Assembly (NCBI GenBank): GCA_003194425.1
Contig: PQXB01000001.1
Span: forward strand, 730,444 to 762,443
Reading direction: 5' to 3'
DNA: 32,000 bases
From: Candidatus Methanophagaceae archaeon
Lineage (GTDB): Archaea; Halobacteriota; Syntropharchaeia; Alkanophagales; Methanospirareceae
This document shows, piece by piece, positions 31,454-32,000 of this stretch (position 1 is the stretch's first letter; the number at the start of each line of letters is the position of its first letter). The notes beneath the pieces are model-generated. The model ran no database searches, had not been told where the DNA came from, and was given only the letters and a program-made list of their open reading frames with translations. Both the position numbers and the translations under genes were made by a program.

Positions 31454-32000
31454 GCAGCGCCTCGATCGGCTTCAGCCTCGACGCTCGCCACGCGGGGTAA
31501 AGCCCGCTCAGCACGCTCGTCCCGATTCCGAACGCGACCCCTGCGAAAATATACAAAACGCTGGAGGGGGCGAGCAAATAAGACGCCTCCTGCAAAACCA
31601 AAACATCCACCAAGAACCCCGCGCCAAAGCCCAGAACCGCTCCTGCCACGCCGCCGACCGTGCCGAGAATTAGCGACTCAAACAAAAACATTCTGAGAAT
31701 CCCGCTCCTTGAAGTCCCGATTGCACGCATCACGCCGATTTCCTTCGTCCGCTCAACCGTCGACATCAGCATCACATTCAGAATGCTCACACCCGCGACG
31801 AGGAGCGAAATCGCCCCGATTCCGAGCAGGAAGACCGAAATCGTGCTGAACAACTTTTTTATGCCCTCCACAATCTGCTTCAATTCCATCACCCTTACGA
31901 CCTGCTCCCGCTTGTTCAGGCGGTCTTCAATCTCCCTCCTCACCTCCTCAACCTCCTCTACTTTCTCAACTTTCACAATCACCGAGTTGTAGCCCGACGC
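31443..32000 (-). CDS. FtsX/MacB-type ABC transporter permease, C-terminal part (N-terminus beyond window end)
   Basis: The frame stays open to position 32000 (ASGYNSV precedes the track's GTG at 31982). FtsX-domain motif ERTKEIGVMRAIGTSRSGILRMFLFESLILG, with three C-terminal TM segments. Confidence 0.75.
   Translation of the reverse strand, partial: ASGYNSVIVKVEKVEEVEEVRREIEDRLNKREQVVRVMELKQIVEGIKKLFSTISVFLLGIGAISLLVAGVSILNVMLMSTVERTKEIGVMRAIGTSRSGILRMFLFESLILGTVGGVAGAVLGFGAGFLVDVLVLQEASYLLAPSSVLYIFAGVAFGIGTSVLSGLYPAWRASRLKPIEALRHE

Overview
Archaeal chromosomal segment. Evidence: aEF-2, a TFB-like factor, Gar1, tRNA-splicing endonuclease, BRE/TATA boxes about 25-30 nt upstream of start codons, and intron-less tRNAs without encoded CCA. 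Coding strands are strongly purine-rich, which produces many long spurious antisense ORFs in the six-frame track. I call 22 complete and 2 edge-truncated protein genes plus tRNA-Ile(GAU), tRNA-Asp(GUC) and tRNA-Asn(GUU). Most genes are housekeeping: a sirC-hemA-PP-loop ATPase operon, HdrD-like Fe-S protein, amidohydrolase, DHH phosphoesterase, MptE-like kinase, EndA, a GATase/GXGXG protein with a cysteine desulfurase, aEF-2, Gar1, TFB core, HisA, GpmI, an NFACT/RqcH homologue and ABC transporter genes. One block looks accessory: an exported LTD + double-HKD phospholipase-D-family enzyme, then a 1116-aa fused nuclease-methylase-specificity (Type IIG-like) enzyme whose specificity region has an AT-rich mosaic patch, then an AT-rich tail with a small membrane ORF next to tRNA-Ile. 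The most striking signal is window-wide. At least 13 conserved proteins, including aEF-2, EndA, HisA, Gar1, SirC and SufS-like, carry near-perfect in-frame tandem repeats with 6-45 nt units, all multiples of 3. Repeats with 12-, 17- and about 20-nt units occur at gene junctions, outside or at the edge of coding sequence. Other notable items are a TFB homologue lacking the Zn-ribbon/B-reader, a lipobox-anchored 4-5-haem c-type cytochrome, and a Cys-rich repeat insert in SirC. I found no CRISPR array, transposase or complete known defence system.
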